From assembly GCA_035221665.1 (NCBI GenBank), contig CM069132.1:22134001-22198000 (forward strand): DNA of 64,000 nucleotides, in the 5' to 3' direction. The stretch is from Okamejei kenojei (lineage: Eukaryota). The position numbers and the translations under genes were made by a program. This document shows positions 48,600 to 63,340 of the stretch, one piece after another. The stretch's first letter is position 1. The number at the start of each line of letters is the position of its first letter. The notes beneath the pieces were generated by a model that worked only from the letters and a program-made list of their open reading frames with translations, was not told the DNA's origin and made no database searches.

Positions 48600-51578
48600 C
48601 TCTAAACCTTACCCATTCATGTACTATCATAATGTCTTGGTTTAGTTTATTATTGTCAAGTGTATCGAGGTATAACAAAACACTTTTCCTTGTGTGTTAT
48701 CCAGTCAAAGACCACTATGCATGAGCACATTCAAGCCGATAAAGAATAAAGGGAATGTTGTTATACCCATCTGTGTCTTTTAAATTATGTTGTATTACCC
48801 GACTCAATGACCTCCTCTGGCAGCTTGTTTCATTCACCCATCACCCTCTTGTGAAACATTACCTTCAGATTCCTATTTAATTTTTCCCCTCTCACCTTAA
48901 ACCTATGTCTTCTGGTTCTTGATTCCCCTACTCTGCGTAAAAGACTCTGTGCATATACTCTGTCGATTACCAACATGATTTTGTACACCTCGATACAATC
49001 ACTCATCTTCCTTCACTCCAAGGAATGAATTCATAGCCTGCCCAACCGCTCCCTATAACTCAGGCCGTCAAGTCCTGGCAACACATTTTTAAATTTTCTC
49101 TGCACTCTTTCAAACTTAAAAATAACTAGGGGCGTGAGAGTACCATGTGCATAATGGGTCAGCCAGCTCTGGTCCAACATCACCATAAATATGTTTGTTA
49201 ATAATAATCAATGATTCACACCACCCTTGTCAAGTTCTCAACCCGCCACCACAAATCGAAAGTGGTACAGGAGCCCAAGGACCTTTGCCTCCTGTTTAGA
49301 GAACAACTTCCTCCCAACAACCATCAGACTCGTGAATACAGTGCAACACTAACAGCAACCCTACCTCGGCAACTATGATCCACTATATAATGTCATATAA
49401 TAAATATAAGCCCCGGAAATGCTTATAAACAATATAATTTAATATAATAAATAATGTAATTGTTCCATTTTGGTACAAATGACAATAAAACACTCTTGAT
49501 TCTATACTTTGTTTAGGTTGCACTACATCCTTTGGTTTTTGCACTATTATGATCTGGTTACCTATTTTTACAGATTGTTAGCTTATGGTTTTACAGTATA
49601 TTTATGTATTGTGCTATTATGTCAATGGGCCTGTAAAGCAGCAACACTAATTTAATTGTTCAATAGCCAGTACAATGACAATTAAACATCTTGACTCTCC
49701 TAACTAATAATATGGCCTTCAACTAATGCCCTCAATACTTCCTATTTTAAAGCAATACAATTGACAATGGTTTTATTAAGATCAGAATGACAATATGCTT
49801 AACACCAGAATATATTATAGAAAGCAAAGATTAAGGACACTGCTGAGGAAGACTTTTGAAGAGCAGATCTCAAGTATTTATGAGAACAAAATTGAAATAA
49901 TTTAAGAGGCTTTGCTTTGAAATGAATTATTTTACTTAGAATGATCCTCTGGAAGCCATTCACAAACACTGAAATTGCAAATAGAGTAAAAAGTAAATTA
50001 AGAACCAAGCTTTAGTGCCAAATTTACACAAAACCATGAATATCATGGTCTCAATCAATAAAGGGTGACATCCACCTTGATTTCCTAGAAAGTTAGATTA
50101 AAACTATATCTCTCTAAAATTATTCATCTTGGTCATGAAAATAATCAAAGGCTCACATGATATTAGCAATTATACGAACAAGAGCTGCAATACATAAAAG
50201 TCTTTAACAGGCTGCATTACAATTAATGGAAACATTCACGTTATTTTTTTTATTTTTTGATCTTCAAATACTATACACAAGCACACAGCTCAAATGCAAA
50301 CCATATTCTGTATAGCTTCACAGAGGTCTGCTGATGGAAACCAGTGGATATGATTAAATTTGATAGTATGATAATATATGCTAATCATGATTAATCAGAT
50401 GCCTAGTGGCAAATGGAAGTTGCTTGGTATTATGTCACCTGCATTTTAAATTGTGCACTGTATATGCCAGTCTGACAGTATTTGACAGCTGATGGTACCT
50501 AATACTGCATCTGCTCTACGCTGCCCAAGATGTGATGAGAGAAAATGCCCATAATTTCTTTACCACCCATAAAGGTTATAATTACATAGCTTTACAAAAC
50601 ATGGTTTGAAAACACAAAATGCTCAGGCTAAAATCTTGTGTTACCCTGAGCACATCTCCGCCTCATTTTTCTTTGCAAGGCCCATAACCTAAATGAAATG
50701 TAATTTGCTGCAGCAACCTTGTTCATACTCCATTTGCATAAACTGCTATGAGAATCTCTACCCAGGAAGTGTCAATCACCACCACCTGATGTCTTGTACA
50801 TTGTAGACGACAATGCTACTCTCCATGGTTCTGCACAATAACTACAGCATACTACCGATTTTCTCTTAGTTGATCTCTGTATCTATTATAATCTTGCCTG
50901 CAAATGCAGATCCCTCTGCTTGTTATTCTACAAGCTATACTGATTCGCAAGAGGACCAGATTTGAGGGGAATTTAGGTGTGGAAATTGCAAATATATTTT
51001 ACTGCAACTGCATTAAAATAATACTGATGTTTAAATACTGCAATTCTTTCAGAGTCAATCAGGGTTACCCAGATATAATTTGCAAGATATCACTGATTCA
51101 GACATACATTAAAGAAGCCAAAAAGAAAAACAAATGCAAAACCATGTAGATATAGCAATGAAATGTCAGGAACTAAATGAATACACAGAATTTAATCAAG
51201 CCCTCTGACCTTGACTAATACCATCAAATGGAACAATGGGAGTATCTCTTCTCTTTTATTTGAAAAATAATAAGATGGTGCGTTCATAGAGCAAAATTCT
51301 GTCTTATCTACTTTAATAGATTTTGCTTTTTAAATCGTATGAAGTCCCTGTTATATCTCCTGTCGCTTTCACATTTGTAGAGCTTACAGTAAAATCACCA
51401 AACCTATCAAAGCATAAAGCTCCTATCAAACATTTCCAGCTGTGCAGGGAACCAACAATGTTTACAGATTCTCAAAACTTTATTTAGCTTTGCTGGTATT
51501 TAATTACTATGTTAATACTACTTTACAGAGGTACGTGCAATCAATATTGCAATACAAAGGGAAGCAGCTGCTACTCAC

Positions 51579-51637
51579 CATGAATCTCTGGGGGCCCACA
51601 GCAGGCCTCGGCTGGTTTGGCGTAGGCATCAAGGGCA
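51579..51637 (-). CDS. RBM33: RBM33 coding exon, 59 nt
   Basis: taattgcag|(G)TG PLMPTPNQPRPAVGPQRFM|gtgagt (cf. VPLLPVPSQPRPAVGPQRF). Phase 1/0. Confidence 0.92.
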
Positions 51638-53474
51638 CTGCAATTACAATGAGGGGAAAAAAAACACCAGTCATTACCTTTGTGTTCTGACCTTTCAAAG
51701 CATTCAGGCATATTTGCTGTGAGAAATTCAATACTCAAAGCTGAAATTACATTATACTGAACTGAAAATAAATTATAACCACTTCTCTGCAATTGTTTGT
51801 ACCAGAATATCATATTGTACACAAGCAGTGTATAAATTATCACTTAAAACCATTTTGGATCTGTACCTATAGCAGTTAATGTTGTCGAAACAGGTTTTGA
51901 CATAGGTACACTTCCAATTAAAGACCACTTGATCCCATCACAAACTGATTAAGCAAATCAATTGGCATGTGCATATTTTGACATGATTTGACACTGTTGG
52001 GGAACACTTTTATTAACATTTGTTTAAACAAAAAGTGTGAATTAACAAAGGCAATAGTCTTGGAAGGACTGGGTGTAAAGAACATAGTTCTGAGGAACAT
52101 GAACAAAAAGCTCAGAGCTACCAAATACATATTAATTCTTTGAAATGGTATTTACTTTTGTCAGCATTTCATCCATTGTCTCCAACCCATTACTGCTTTC
52201 CTTTAGTCCCTGAAAGCTCAAAGGTATATTCAAATATAATTCCATGTGCTGGCAGGTAAATGCTACTTTATTCTATAAGTATAACTGCTGGTGGTCATAC
52301 ATCATTTTATACCAAAAATTGAAAAATATTAGAACAAATATCTGGAAATTAAAGGTGTGTCCTCACAGAACACACCATAAACAATTCAGAGTGACAAAAT
52401 GGTATTTTAGGAAAAACAACAAGCCAGTCTAAATCATCATTCTTAAAGGATTCTCACATTCCTTACATTCACTTCTGAATGTTTTCAGGACACTTATCGA
52501 AGAACACAAACATAAAAGTTCTAAACAAACTGAAGCGACAATCTATACTGGACCTTAAGTAGCCCATTAGACAAAATGATTTCCTTCACATTTTTACTTA
52601 GTTACATTTGCCTTACTTTAAAGGTTGCCTCCAGCACAGAAGCTAAATGGCTTCAACATGCTTTATTTGTGAAGTATGAATAAAGTTTTATTAATCATCT
52701 TAATCATCAACTGTCCTGAACATAACTGCTTTGCATTTGTTATTTAAAGCAAGCTATACCACAAGTCTTGACTAAAATTTACTTACTGTACATCAGAACT
52801 GATATGGCATCAGCCAAGTGGTCCACAAAAGTCTTGCAGGAATCAAGTTGATCATATTAACGTAAACAGTACAGCGGTATAGTGATTAAGTTACTGGACT
52901 GATGTTTTGAGATCCGGAATATTATTCTGAAGGCAACAACTTACCATAGTAGCAGGAGGAACTTGAATTCAAGTAATTAAATAAAAAGGTGTCAGAAATG
53001 GTGACCAAGGAACTGCTTGAGTATAAAAGTTCAATCAGGAAGGTGTTCTTTCCTTACTTGGCAACAACATGAGTGCTCATAACTGCTGTCAAATGGCCCT
53101 AGCAAGCTAGGTAGCAATTATGCACCAATAAATGTATATTCTGCAAGTGATTAAAATATAACAGGAGCTACATCGGCATTCTTTTTAAATCCTAATACCA
53201 AACAGGCTTTGCTTACAGCTGTGGTGCTGAAAGCAACAATTGTTCATCAGTACATTAACTGCGATTGAATACAAAAAAGCTTAATAGCTAAAGAAATGCA
53301 CAGCAACCGTTTAGCAGTTCACTGATGCAAAGAAATGCTCAAAGTGCCCACAATAGGGTCTGACTATAAAAGCTAAATAATTCGTCATAATTATTCTCAT
53401 TTAGGTTGGAAGTATTTATTTGCAATTATTTTCAAAAGATAGGATTCACTTTAACTAATTGCTGAAGTTAAGTT

Positions 53475-54200
53475 TTAATTTCAGAGATACAATGGGGAAA
53501 CAGGCTTTTCAGCCCACCGAGTGTGCACCAACAAGTGATCACCCCATACAAACACTACCCTACACACGTGCGACAATTTACAATTTTAATCAAATCCAAT
53601 AAACCTACAAACCCGGACGTCTTTGGAGTGTGGGAAGAAACCGGAGTACCTGGAGAAAGCCCACGCGATCACAGGGAGAATGCACAAACTCTGTACAGGC
53701 AGCACCCGTTGTCAGGATCAAACCTAGGTCTCTGGTACCATAAGGCAGCAAACTTACTGCTGCACCACTTAGGACTTAAGTGAGAATATTAACACTTCAA
53801 AATTAGAGTTGAACAATTTAAAGCTTCTTGGAAATTGATGAAAAATTTCTTGCGACATCATGTTGATTCTAACACTTCGACTTATAGTCTGGAATGAATC
53901 ACTGAAATTAGTTTAGTTTTGAGATGCAGCATGGAAACAGGCCCTATGAACCACTGAATCCACACCAACCAATGACCACCCAACACTACTTCCATCCTAT
54001 GCACTTGGGACAATTTAAGGAAGCCAATTAACCTATAAATCTGCGTGTATTTGGAATGTGGGAGGAAACAGCAGCACCCGGAGAAAACCCACACGGTCAC
54101 AGGGAGAATGTGCAAACTCCATATAGACAGCATCCATAGTCAGGATTGAACTCGGGTGTCTGGACCTGGAAGGCAACAACTCTACCACTGCACCACTGTG
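53475..54200 (-). mobile_element. Two tandem tRNA-derived SINEs (~53475-53770 and ~53905-54200)
   Basis: Both carry ggaaacagg..., cacagggagaatg..caaactc and gtcaggat..aac, the reverse complement of the SINE family above. Confidence 0.75.
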
Positions 54201-54229
54201 CATGACAGCACAAAGCTATAAAAATCAAA

Positions 54230-55145
54230 CCAAAATTAGTAAATTTGTGTATAACCCGAAAACTGGTGGTGTTATGAATTGCAAAGAACTTTGTCAAAGG
54301 CTACAGCAGTATATAGCTCAAGTAAAATGTTCAGCAGAGCAAAAGCAGTTGGAATTTACTCCCAACAAGTACAATGCATTTTGTACAATACAGGGTGATG
54401 CATTTTGGGAAGTCAAACAGAAGTAAAATATATATGGTAAATGGTAGGGCACCAAGGAAAGTTGATGCACAGAGATCTCAGGGCCCAACTCTATAGTTCC
54501 TCAAAAGTGGCAACACAGGTAAAATAGGGTGGTGAATGTGGCTTAAAGCATACCTCTCCACATTGAACAGAATATAGAATATAATAGTGGTGACGTTATA
54601 TTTCAATTTTACAAAACACTGGTTAAGCCACACCTGGGAGCATTGTATACAGTTCTGGTCGCTACACTACAGGAAGGACGTGGTTGCATTGGAAGGTGTG
54701 TTGATAAGAGTCATAAGAATGTTGCCTGGATCAAGAGCCTCAAGCATGGGTAGACTGGAGAGGTTGGGCTTATCGTCCCTGGAGCAAAGGAAATTGAGAG
54801 ATTATCTGACAGAGATGTACCAGGTTATGAGAGGTATATATAGGGTAGACAGTCAAAAATGGCAGGGGTATCAAAACAATACAGCATAAGTTTAAGATGG
54901 GAGGAAGTTGTTTTAAAGGGGATCTGAGGTTTTGCGCTTTTTTAAGCACAGAAAATGGTTAATGTCTGGAATGCTGTGGAGGAGGAGGTGGAATCAGATA
55001 TAAACACTGTTTAAGAGCATTTAAACAGACATTTAAATAGACAAGGCATTGAAGAATAGTCCTTGCGCGTATGGCATTAGTGCAGTTGGGCAAAATGGGT
55101 CAGCATGGGTATGGTGTGCTGAAGGGTCCATTTCTCTTTCTATGA
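54230..55145 (+). mobile_element. Old CR1 3' fragment
   Basis: EHCIQFWSLHYRKDVVALE..RMLPG..RLERLGLSSLEQRKLR. Confidence 0.75.
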
Positions 55146-55785
55146 CACCAGGTGTCTCTGACATCAGCCATATCAAAATGAAGATTGGGCTGATTAAACT
55201 AGAACTTTTGTTTTACAAGTATTATCAGTCTTCAATCTTGCTATACAAGTTATTTTACATATAGCAGAAATTGGTGTAGCATGTACCCAATGAAAGAGTT
55301 TATAAATATGTGATCCAAACAGCTGCGTTCAAGTTCTAGTCTGCGACGTTAAGGAACATCAAGTTTAACTGTTGAAGCATTGGAAATCATCTCAAATGTT
55401 TCTATCCATCGGGGGGGGGGGGGGGGGGGGGGCAGTGCTGTAAAAGAGCTACAATGTTTGGTCTTAATGCCAGGCAACCTATGGCAAATTGGTCATATTT
55501 GCACGCAGAAGGCACAAACATTTAGGCTCTCATCTAATGCCACCTAAAAAAATCTAAAGGTCCCAGTAACCAATCCAGATTTTGGGGTTGGAAGTGTTGT
55601 TTGTAAGATATTGGTGTAGCAGTTGGAATCGATGTCTAGTTATTGCCTGAAGGTCAAGATTACCATATGATAACTTTAACATAATCGTGCAAAACACAGG
55701 ACTCCTTATGATTTCTCTCAGAAAGCCAACATAAACACCCACCACCCCCCCCACTTTAAACACAATCTGTACAGTTTCTAAACAC

Positions 55786-56074
55786 CTTGGACAGGGGAAC
55801 CCACTGGACCTCCGGAAATGAGGGTTTTATAACTGAATGTTCCTTTGGTTTTGCGCAGGGAATTACTGTTTGATTATTTTAAATTGAATTCATCTAGACG
55901 CACTACACAGAGGTGGAGCTCCTGAAAAAAATTCCCTGTGGTTGCCTTGCTCTTGCTGTTTGGAGCTGCGTGTACTTCGGTTGCTGCTCTGGAGGGCAAA
56001 ACACAAACCTGATATAATTGAGATGCAAGAAGGATGTCTTTGAGGTACCAGGAGAGGCTGTGTGCTAGTTGTCG
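55786..56074 (-). CDS. RBM33: RBM33 exon corrupted by indels (probable sequencing errors)
   Basis: The 3' end caaaaccaaaggaacattcagttataaaaccctcatttccggaggtccagtgggttcccctgtccaaG|gt gives QPKNIHINPHFRGPVGSPVQ after removing insertions. The phase-1 donor fits exon 51579-51637. The acceptor position is approximate. Confidence 0.7.
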
Positions 56075-56779
56075 CTGCGATTGAAAATTACTCTCTACCA
56101 GACTGATGATCTGGGGAATTTACAGCAGTAAAAAACAAACCCGAGAATTTCTTTTCTGGGAAAAGAAATAACTGATTATTCTTTGTTTTCCTCCTCCCAC
56201 GGGGAAAAAAAAAATCAAGAGACCTTTACTCAATGTTATTTTAATACCAAGGCGTTATTCTACTTACCATTGTTATTTTATTTTATTACAATTCTAAAAC
56301 TGGACTGAGAATAAGGGGAGGAAAAAAATTATGATACACACTAACACTCGTGGTAATCCATTACGAATGGAATAATATAACTATCGAATGCATATTCAAA
56401 AGCACTCATGCAATGCTATAATTGCTTACAATTCTTGTTTGTTTTTATTAATTTTGAATATTTTCCATGAGATTTAGAATCAAACATGCAACATTAGATT
56501 ATCTCCGTCCAGTTTTATTTACAAGCTTTCTCCCTTATCCCCCTTCCTTTCCTCCCCTTTGATCAAGGTTGTAAACTTGCATATTGTTCTAAACAACTTC
56601 CAATAAATGTATGCAGAGCATTCAAGTGTAGCGCAGCACTGTCCAAGATGTATCAACACACAGTGTGGTGTCCACTCAGCCATCAAAAGCATTTTTTTGG
56701 TGGTATGCCCTGTATCTAGACTTTTTGTAACATGTATCCATATTTCACTCTCCTACAAGCACAAAAGGAAAGTGCTCAA

Positions 56780-58640
56780 CTGATCTTCTCTCACTTTGTT
56801 TTGATTCCCTCACTTCTCATCCTCCTCCAAGTTAAAGGAGTGTAGTAGTCATGGACACTTGCATGGGCCCCAGCTATGCCATGTATTTATGTTGGTTACG
56901 TCCCCAACCCCCCAAAAAACAACTCCCTTTTCCCAGGCTGTGCCTTGTGCACTGGCACTTTAAACTCTTTCCTTCACCGTCTTCCTCTTTCGTTACGTTG
57001 ACTAACTGCATCCATAGGTGGCTGCCTCCTGCACCCATACATGAGGGACCCCTCGTGAATTTTTTATACTACCACCACTAACTTCCATCCTACCCTCTAA
57101 ATTCACCTAGTCCTTTTTATCTGACACCTCCCCTATCTTTTCTTGGTCTGTCTCCATCACAGGGGACAACGGATTAATGACTGAATCTCATACGAAAACC
57201 TACCGAAACCCAGTTAACTGGAAACCACTTACTACTCCCCCCACCCTTTCCTCGTTCTTGCAACTGACACTATTCCCTACTTGAATATGCTTCTTTTTAC
57301 TTCCGCCTTCGAACCTCTGCTGTATCTGCTCCCTAGATGAGGATTTCCATTTTAGGACATCTCTTTCTTTAGTAAACGCGTGGTTTTTCCCCTCCTCTTC
57401 CCCCCCTTCAGGTCATAGGGATTGTATCTCCCACTTGTGATCCTAGCCGTTTCCCATGTGTCCTTAAGTTCTGCTCTCCTCTCCCTCCCGTTCCCCCCCC
57501 CCTCCCCCCCACCCTCCCCACCCCCACCAAAAACAGCGGAACATACTATAGTTACCCCTGGAAATCTCACCCTGTTCACTCCTACCAGCCTCCACATGCA
57601 ACAACACACGTCCTCCAATAAGCCCCGATGTGCTGCCCGCCAGAACCTGATCGTCACCACCAGTCACATCTTCCTATCATCCACCACCTCTTTCCCTGCC
57701 TGTCTGCAAAGACCAGTCCTCCCTAACACAACTATTTGAGTTTCACAACACTACAATCATTCCCATCCAAACCAACCCCGTTCCTCCAGTACCTACCCCT
57801 GCAAAACCACAAAAGATGTTACAACCTGTCCCGTAAACCAACCACCCTCACCCTCTCTTCCCAAGGACCCCATTAAAACTTACAAAGGTAGAGACAGAGA
57901 CTCATTTTTCCACTGCCCCCAACCTCATTTATGTGCATACAGTGTTCCTGATGGTGTCCTCCTAAACATCACGAGATCAAGTGCAAGAAGCACCGCATTC
58001 ATCAGAGTTACACCACGGCTTCAGTAAGATCTCCCCTAGTTTGCTAAACAATTTTAAACTCCCCCCCTTCCCCTTCAGAGCAAAATTCTATACACCCAAC
58101 AACCAAAATTCTATTTCTTTCTCCACCTACTCCTCCTTTCCCTCCTCTCTCCCTCTCCCCCGACAAAAACACACATAAACCAACCCATTTTTTTCCCACA
58201 ACTGTGGCACCGTGCCCCTGACAGCCCCCGCCCCCTCCCCCCCCCCCCCCACCCCCGCAGCCCCCCCCCCCCCCCCCGTATCACTTAGCTGAACCACCCA
58301 ATTTCCTCCCCGCTTCCTCTTCTACATTCCTTCCTCTTGTTGGCTTTCACAATTCACAAACTTTCCCTTTCCAATCCTTCCTCACTAAACCTTCTACGTT
58401 TTTTCTCTAACTTTTGTTTCCAACCACCTCCTAACAACATCCCCCCCCCCTCCCTCCTCCGCCCCACACCCCCCCCCCCCCCCCCCCCTCCCTCCAACCC
58501 CCCCACCCCCCCCCCCCCCCCACCCCCCCCCCCCCCCACCCACCCCCCCCCCCCCCCCTCGCCTGTATCCACCTATTATCTGTCCCAACCTCACCTCCAG
58601 CTTTCCTTTCTTCCCCCCCCTTCCCCCCACTACCAGTGAT
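56780..58640 (+). mobile_element. Penelope-like element (error-ridden sequence)
   Basis: MDTCMGPSYA RT motif and blocks collinear with 10650-11350, followed by C-run-expanded 3' region. Confidence 0.6.
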
Positions 58641-59279
58641 TCACAACCCGTAGACTAGCTTGTAATATCCCCCACACAAGGGAATTAACCTAAAATCGAG
58701 CATGTCTTTAGAGTGTGGGGGGAAACAAGAGCAACCCAAAAGGAAACCGCACATGGTCACAGGGAACATGTACAAATTCCATACAGGCCGCCACACCCCG
58801 CATCTTGTGTTGTAAATAAAAGCAACCAACACTTCTACACTGCTGTGCCACTGTAACATTTTATTCCCTATACAGCTTATAAAACTTTTGCACAGCCTTT
58901 TTCTGAATATCAAAAGATTTCTACATTTTTTACATAATGAAAAAACAAATAAATAGGGTCCACTGGATTTTGTAAAATGAGTAATAAATCTTCATAAGCA
59001 ATACAAAAAAAATAACACAATAACAACAATTATCATGATCTCCTAAATGTTGATACATCACCAGTTTTGAGTGCAATATTTGGTTATGAAGTGCAAGATT
59101 GCTTGCAAGTTACTACAATATTGACTCCATTTAAATGTTAAAAGAAAAAAATCAAACTACTAATATAATTGTCATAATAGTAGGACAATTCATCAAGCAG
59201 GGTTCAACCGCTGATTTACGCTACACGTATACATACCAAATGATTTAAGAAAACACGTTAACAAAATAATAAATGTTAC

Positions 59280-59539
59280 CGCAATATACCACCCCCGGCA
59301 GACAAGCAGAGCGTTGGGAGGCACTTGGATAATCAAAAGTTTGGGGTGCGCTTCGTTCTTTATTGTCCTTCTTCGCACACACAATCTTTCCTTTCCTTGA
59401 TTCACAAAAACCAAACGGACCCTGGACAGCCTCATTTACTCGCCCTCTTTTTCCCTTGTTTTCCGCATCCGCTGACGTTCTGTCTCCTCAAAATTCACGT
59501 AAATGCGGCCTTCCCCCTTCTTCCGCCTCGTCAACAGTT
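59280..59539 (-). CDS. RBM33: RBM33 exon corrupted by indels (probable sequencing errors)
   Basis: ttcaatctcag|AACTG...GAAGGCCGCATTTACGTGAATTTTGAGGAGACAGAACGTCAGCGG..AAACAAGG recalls ELSAEAKAALLEFEERERQ.KQG. Donor gtaaca. Confidence 0.55.
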
Positions 59540-59939
59540 CTGAGATTGAACAAACCCAATTTATTATTCCTTGTGTTTATTAATCCAGAACATGAATGAA
59601 TGTTGTCGAATCAAATCTAATGTATGGCTATACAATTTGACACTCTTTCACAATTCTAATCAAATCTAACTTGCATGTAGTAAATAACATAACACCAAAC
59701 AGAAATATCGAGAGTGCAAATGAAGAAGGGATACGAAATAAGTAACAAACGAATAAATATCACTAAAAAGCTTAAAATACGCCCACAAGTGCTAGAAATG
59801 GCCGAAGTAAAAATAGTGATTCTGCTATATTATCGTCAATAACATATTCAGAAGAAATTTGGGAAAATACACTATTCCAGTCGACTCCAAGATTTTAAAT
59901 CACAAACCCGCTCTGTAATAATGACAAATAAGCCCATTA

Positions 59940-62310
59940 CATAGAATCATATAGAAACATAGGAGAAATAAGGATGCAGGAGAATGGCGCCTATAACAGC
60001 CCATCGAGCCTGCACCGCCATTCAATATGATCATGGCTGATCATCCAACTCAGTACCCCGAACCTGCCTTCTCTCCATAACCCTCGTGATCCCCTTTAGC
60101 CACAAGGCCACAACCACATACCCAACTCCCTCTAAATATCAGCCAATGAACTATGGCCACACTAACCCTCTGTGGGGCAGAGAGTTTCCCCTAGAGACTT
60201 TTCACCCCCTCATTTATCACATCATCACCCCTCTCATAATACTCCTCGCGACCATCTCAACCACACTTAAAAGGATTTTCCCTTCCCATCCCCTCCCCCA
60301 TTAAATTCCCTTAAGCTGTGACCCCCTTGTCCTGGAATTCCCCAACATCGGGAACAATCTTCCAGCATCTAGCCTGTCCCAACAACCAACAAATAACCTC
60401 CCCTTAAGGATATTTGTAAGTTTCTATGAATCCCCTGCTTAATCTCCTAAATTCCAGAGAGTATAAACCGAGTCTATCCCAGTCTTTTTCTTCATAAGAC
60501 AGATCCTGACATCCCCAAGGAATCCATGTCCTGGTGAACCTTCTCCTGCACTCCCTCTATGGCAATAATGTCCTTCCTCAGATTTTGGAGACCAAAACTG
60601 AACGCAATACCCTACTCCAGTGTGGTCTCAAACCAAGACCCTGTCAACTGAAGTAGAACCACCCAGCTCCTGTACTTTACTCAAGAATCCTTTGGCTAAT
60701 AAAGCTAACATAACACCAATCACTGCTTTTTTTTTTCACTGCCACGCTGCACCTGCATGCCTTACTTTTCAATGACTGGTGTACCATGACACCCAGGTCC
60801 ATCTCCCTGCTGGTGCATCTTCCCCGTTTCCTAATTCGCTGCGTGTACCTACCAGTTATATTAAATAATAGTCCTGCTTTCCGTTCTCGCTGTTTTTTTG
60901 CCTACCAAAGTGGAAATACCTCACATTTATTACCACATTATAACTAAATAACACTATTATACTTGCATTCTCTGCCAACATTGCCCACTCATCACCCCAC
61001 CTATCCAGTCAACCTTGCAGTCTCCTAAGCAAAACCCTCCTCACTCTGCGAACACGTTGTGACACTATTGCACAGACTAGCCCCCCAGCTAAGTGTCAAA
61101 CATTTGCAACCGCAAACTTGGAGATAATTGTGCCGTTCAATTTCCCAAAATTCCCACATCGCAAGATCATTAATATATAATTGTAAATAGCTCTGGGGTC
61201 CATGAAATAGCTGGGGGGTCCCCAGCACTTGACCCTGTGCGTACCGCCACAATTACTTTACTACTGCCTATTGCCATTGTGAAAAAGGACCCTTTTACCC
61301 CACCTTAGCTACTCACTACTCTTTTCTTCCCTGGTTTTGCCGAGCTCAGTTCTCCTAATCCACATCAATTACTGAAGACTCCGAACCACTAAAATAATTT
61401 AAATTATTAAATTAACCGTATGCTTTAAGTTTGTAACTAATCTCTTATGTGGGACCGATACTTGTCGTAAAAGCCTTCTCTGGATAGTCCAGATATTACC
61501 ACGATCCACTGGTTCTCTTCTTCTTTCTTTCTCTCTCCTTCTCTCCTCTCTCTCCCCTTATCCAACCGCTACTAGTTATGCTATCCTCGAAAAATTCCAC
61601 AAGATTTTTTTCGTCCAGAACATGATTTACCTTTTGTAAATCCATTGCTGACTTTGTCCCTAATGATTTCAATTCACCAATTTCCAAATGTGCTCGCTAT
61701 CACCATCTTATAAACTGCTGACCTCCTAAGCATTTTCCCCAACTACCGATGTTAGTACTAACTGGTCTGTAATTCCCCCCCCCTTTTTCCTCTCCTCCCC
61801 TCCCTTCTTAAAAAGAGGTGTATCATTTGCTACCTTACCCCACCCCCTACCCACCCCGCCAATCCTCAGGAACTACCCAGAATCTAAAAAAGAGGTTTTG
61901 AGAAAGATTATCACTAATTTCATCCACTATTTCCTAACTACTAATCCTTACTACTCTGGGATTCCGCCTATCTGGCCCGTGGGTTTTATATCGGCCTATA
62001 AGGTCTACTTCAATTTTACCACAAAACAACCACTGTCCCGAACGTTGACCTGATTTCACTCTTATTATCCTCCTTTGGGTGGCCCACAGTCCCTCCCACC
62101 CCCACCTGCTACTTTTCAGCAGAGTCCAGATTAATTTATGCTTCCTAGTGAAGACCCGGAACCAAAGTTAGTTATTCAATTTGGTCCGCCATAATCCTTG
62201 TTTCCTCCCCATGATCAACTCATTCACCTGTTTCTTTTCTCTGATCTGGCACAAGGAGGACCTACATTTGTTTTTTAAAACTAACGTCTCTTTCGTCGTA
62301 CACAAATCAT
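59940..62310 (-). mobile_element. Young CR1 LINE of the same family as 32260-34253, riddled with insertion errors
   Basis: Collinear with 32260-34090 with exact blocks (tgcaccgccattcaatatgatcatggctgatcatccaactcagta) broken by many small insertions. Confidence 0.9.
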
Positions 62311-62616
62311 ATTTAGTTACTCTTTATCTAATACTTTTATTTAATACGTAGTATAGAGGAACTGCAGAGACAAAGATAGTCACAAAAACCTGAATTTAAC
62401 TCAGGCGGGCGGGTCATGGCAGCATCTCTGTGAAAAGTAATAGGTGATGTTTTTGGGTCGAAACCATCTAGAGACTGAGTCGAGGGAAAAAAGAGAAACG
62501 AAGAATAGACTAATAGAAACAAAATGCATGAAAGATACGAAAAAATGTAATAGATGAGAATTCAAGGATAAGATAGGTGAGCCCGGACAATGGTCCATTT
62601 TGTTGGCTGTGGGCTA

Positions 62617-63116
62617 NNNNNNNNNNNNNNNNNNNNNNNNNNNNNNNNNNNNNNNNNNNNNNNNNNNNNNNNNNNNNNNNNNNNNNNNNNNNNNNNNNNN
62701 NNNNNNNNNNNNNNNNNNNNNNNNNNNNNNNNNNNNNNNNNNNNNNNNNNNNNNNNNNNNNNNNNNNNNNNNNNNNNNNNNNNNNNNNNNNNNNNNNNNN
62801 NNNNNNNNNNNNNNNNNNNNNNNNNNNNNNNNNNNNNNNNNNNNNNNNNNNNNNNNNNNNNNNNNNNNNNNNNNNNNNNNNNNNNNNNNNNNNNNNNNNN
62901 NNNNNNNNNNNNNNNNNNNNNNNNNNNNNNNNNNNNNNNNNNNNNNNNNNNNNNNNNNNNNNNNNNNNNNNNNNNNNNNNNNNNNNNNNNNNNNNNNNNN
63001 NNNNNNNNNNNNNNNNNNNNNNNNNNNNNNNNNNNNNNNNNNNNNNNNNNNNNNNNNNNNNNNNNNNNNNNNNNNNNNNNNNNNNNNNNNNNNNNNNNNN
63101 NNNNNNNNNNNNNNNN
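62617..63116. other. Assembly gap (500 N)
   Basis: Run of N of round length. Confidence 1.
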
Positions 63117-63340
63117 GAAGTAATTGATTGGGAAAAGGTTGTTTGCAGGTAAATTTTAGTAGTAAATATAATAATATTATATAATTTAGTTAGTATAGAA
63201 TAGTAGGGTAAGGATGTAAAAATTTGAAATAGGATTTAATGACTTTGGGTTATGAGGGTTATGGGAAGGAATTTTTGTGAATAATATTAAGAAATATATG
63301 GATTATATTGATTTGTTGGGTTTGTAGGATGTTTGTTTTA

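Noticed and set aside
55786-59539. RBM33 pseudogenisation suggested by frameshifted exons
   Set aside because: Neighbouring repeats show the same insertion-type noise, while all exons in clean sequence are intact and in phase.
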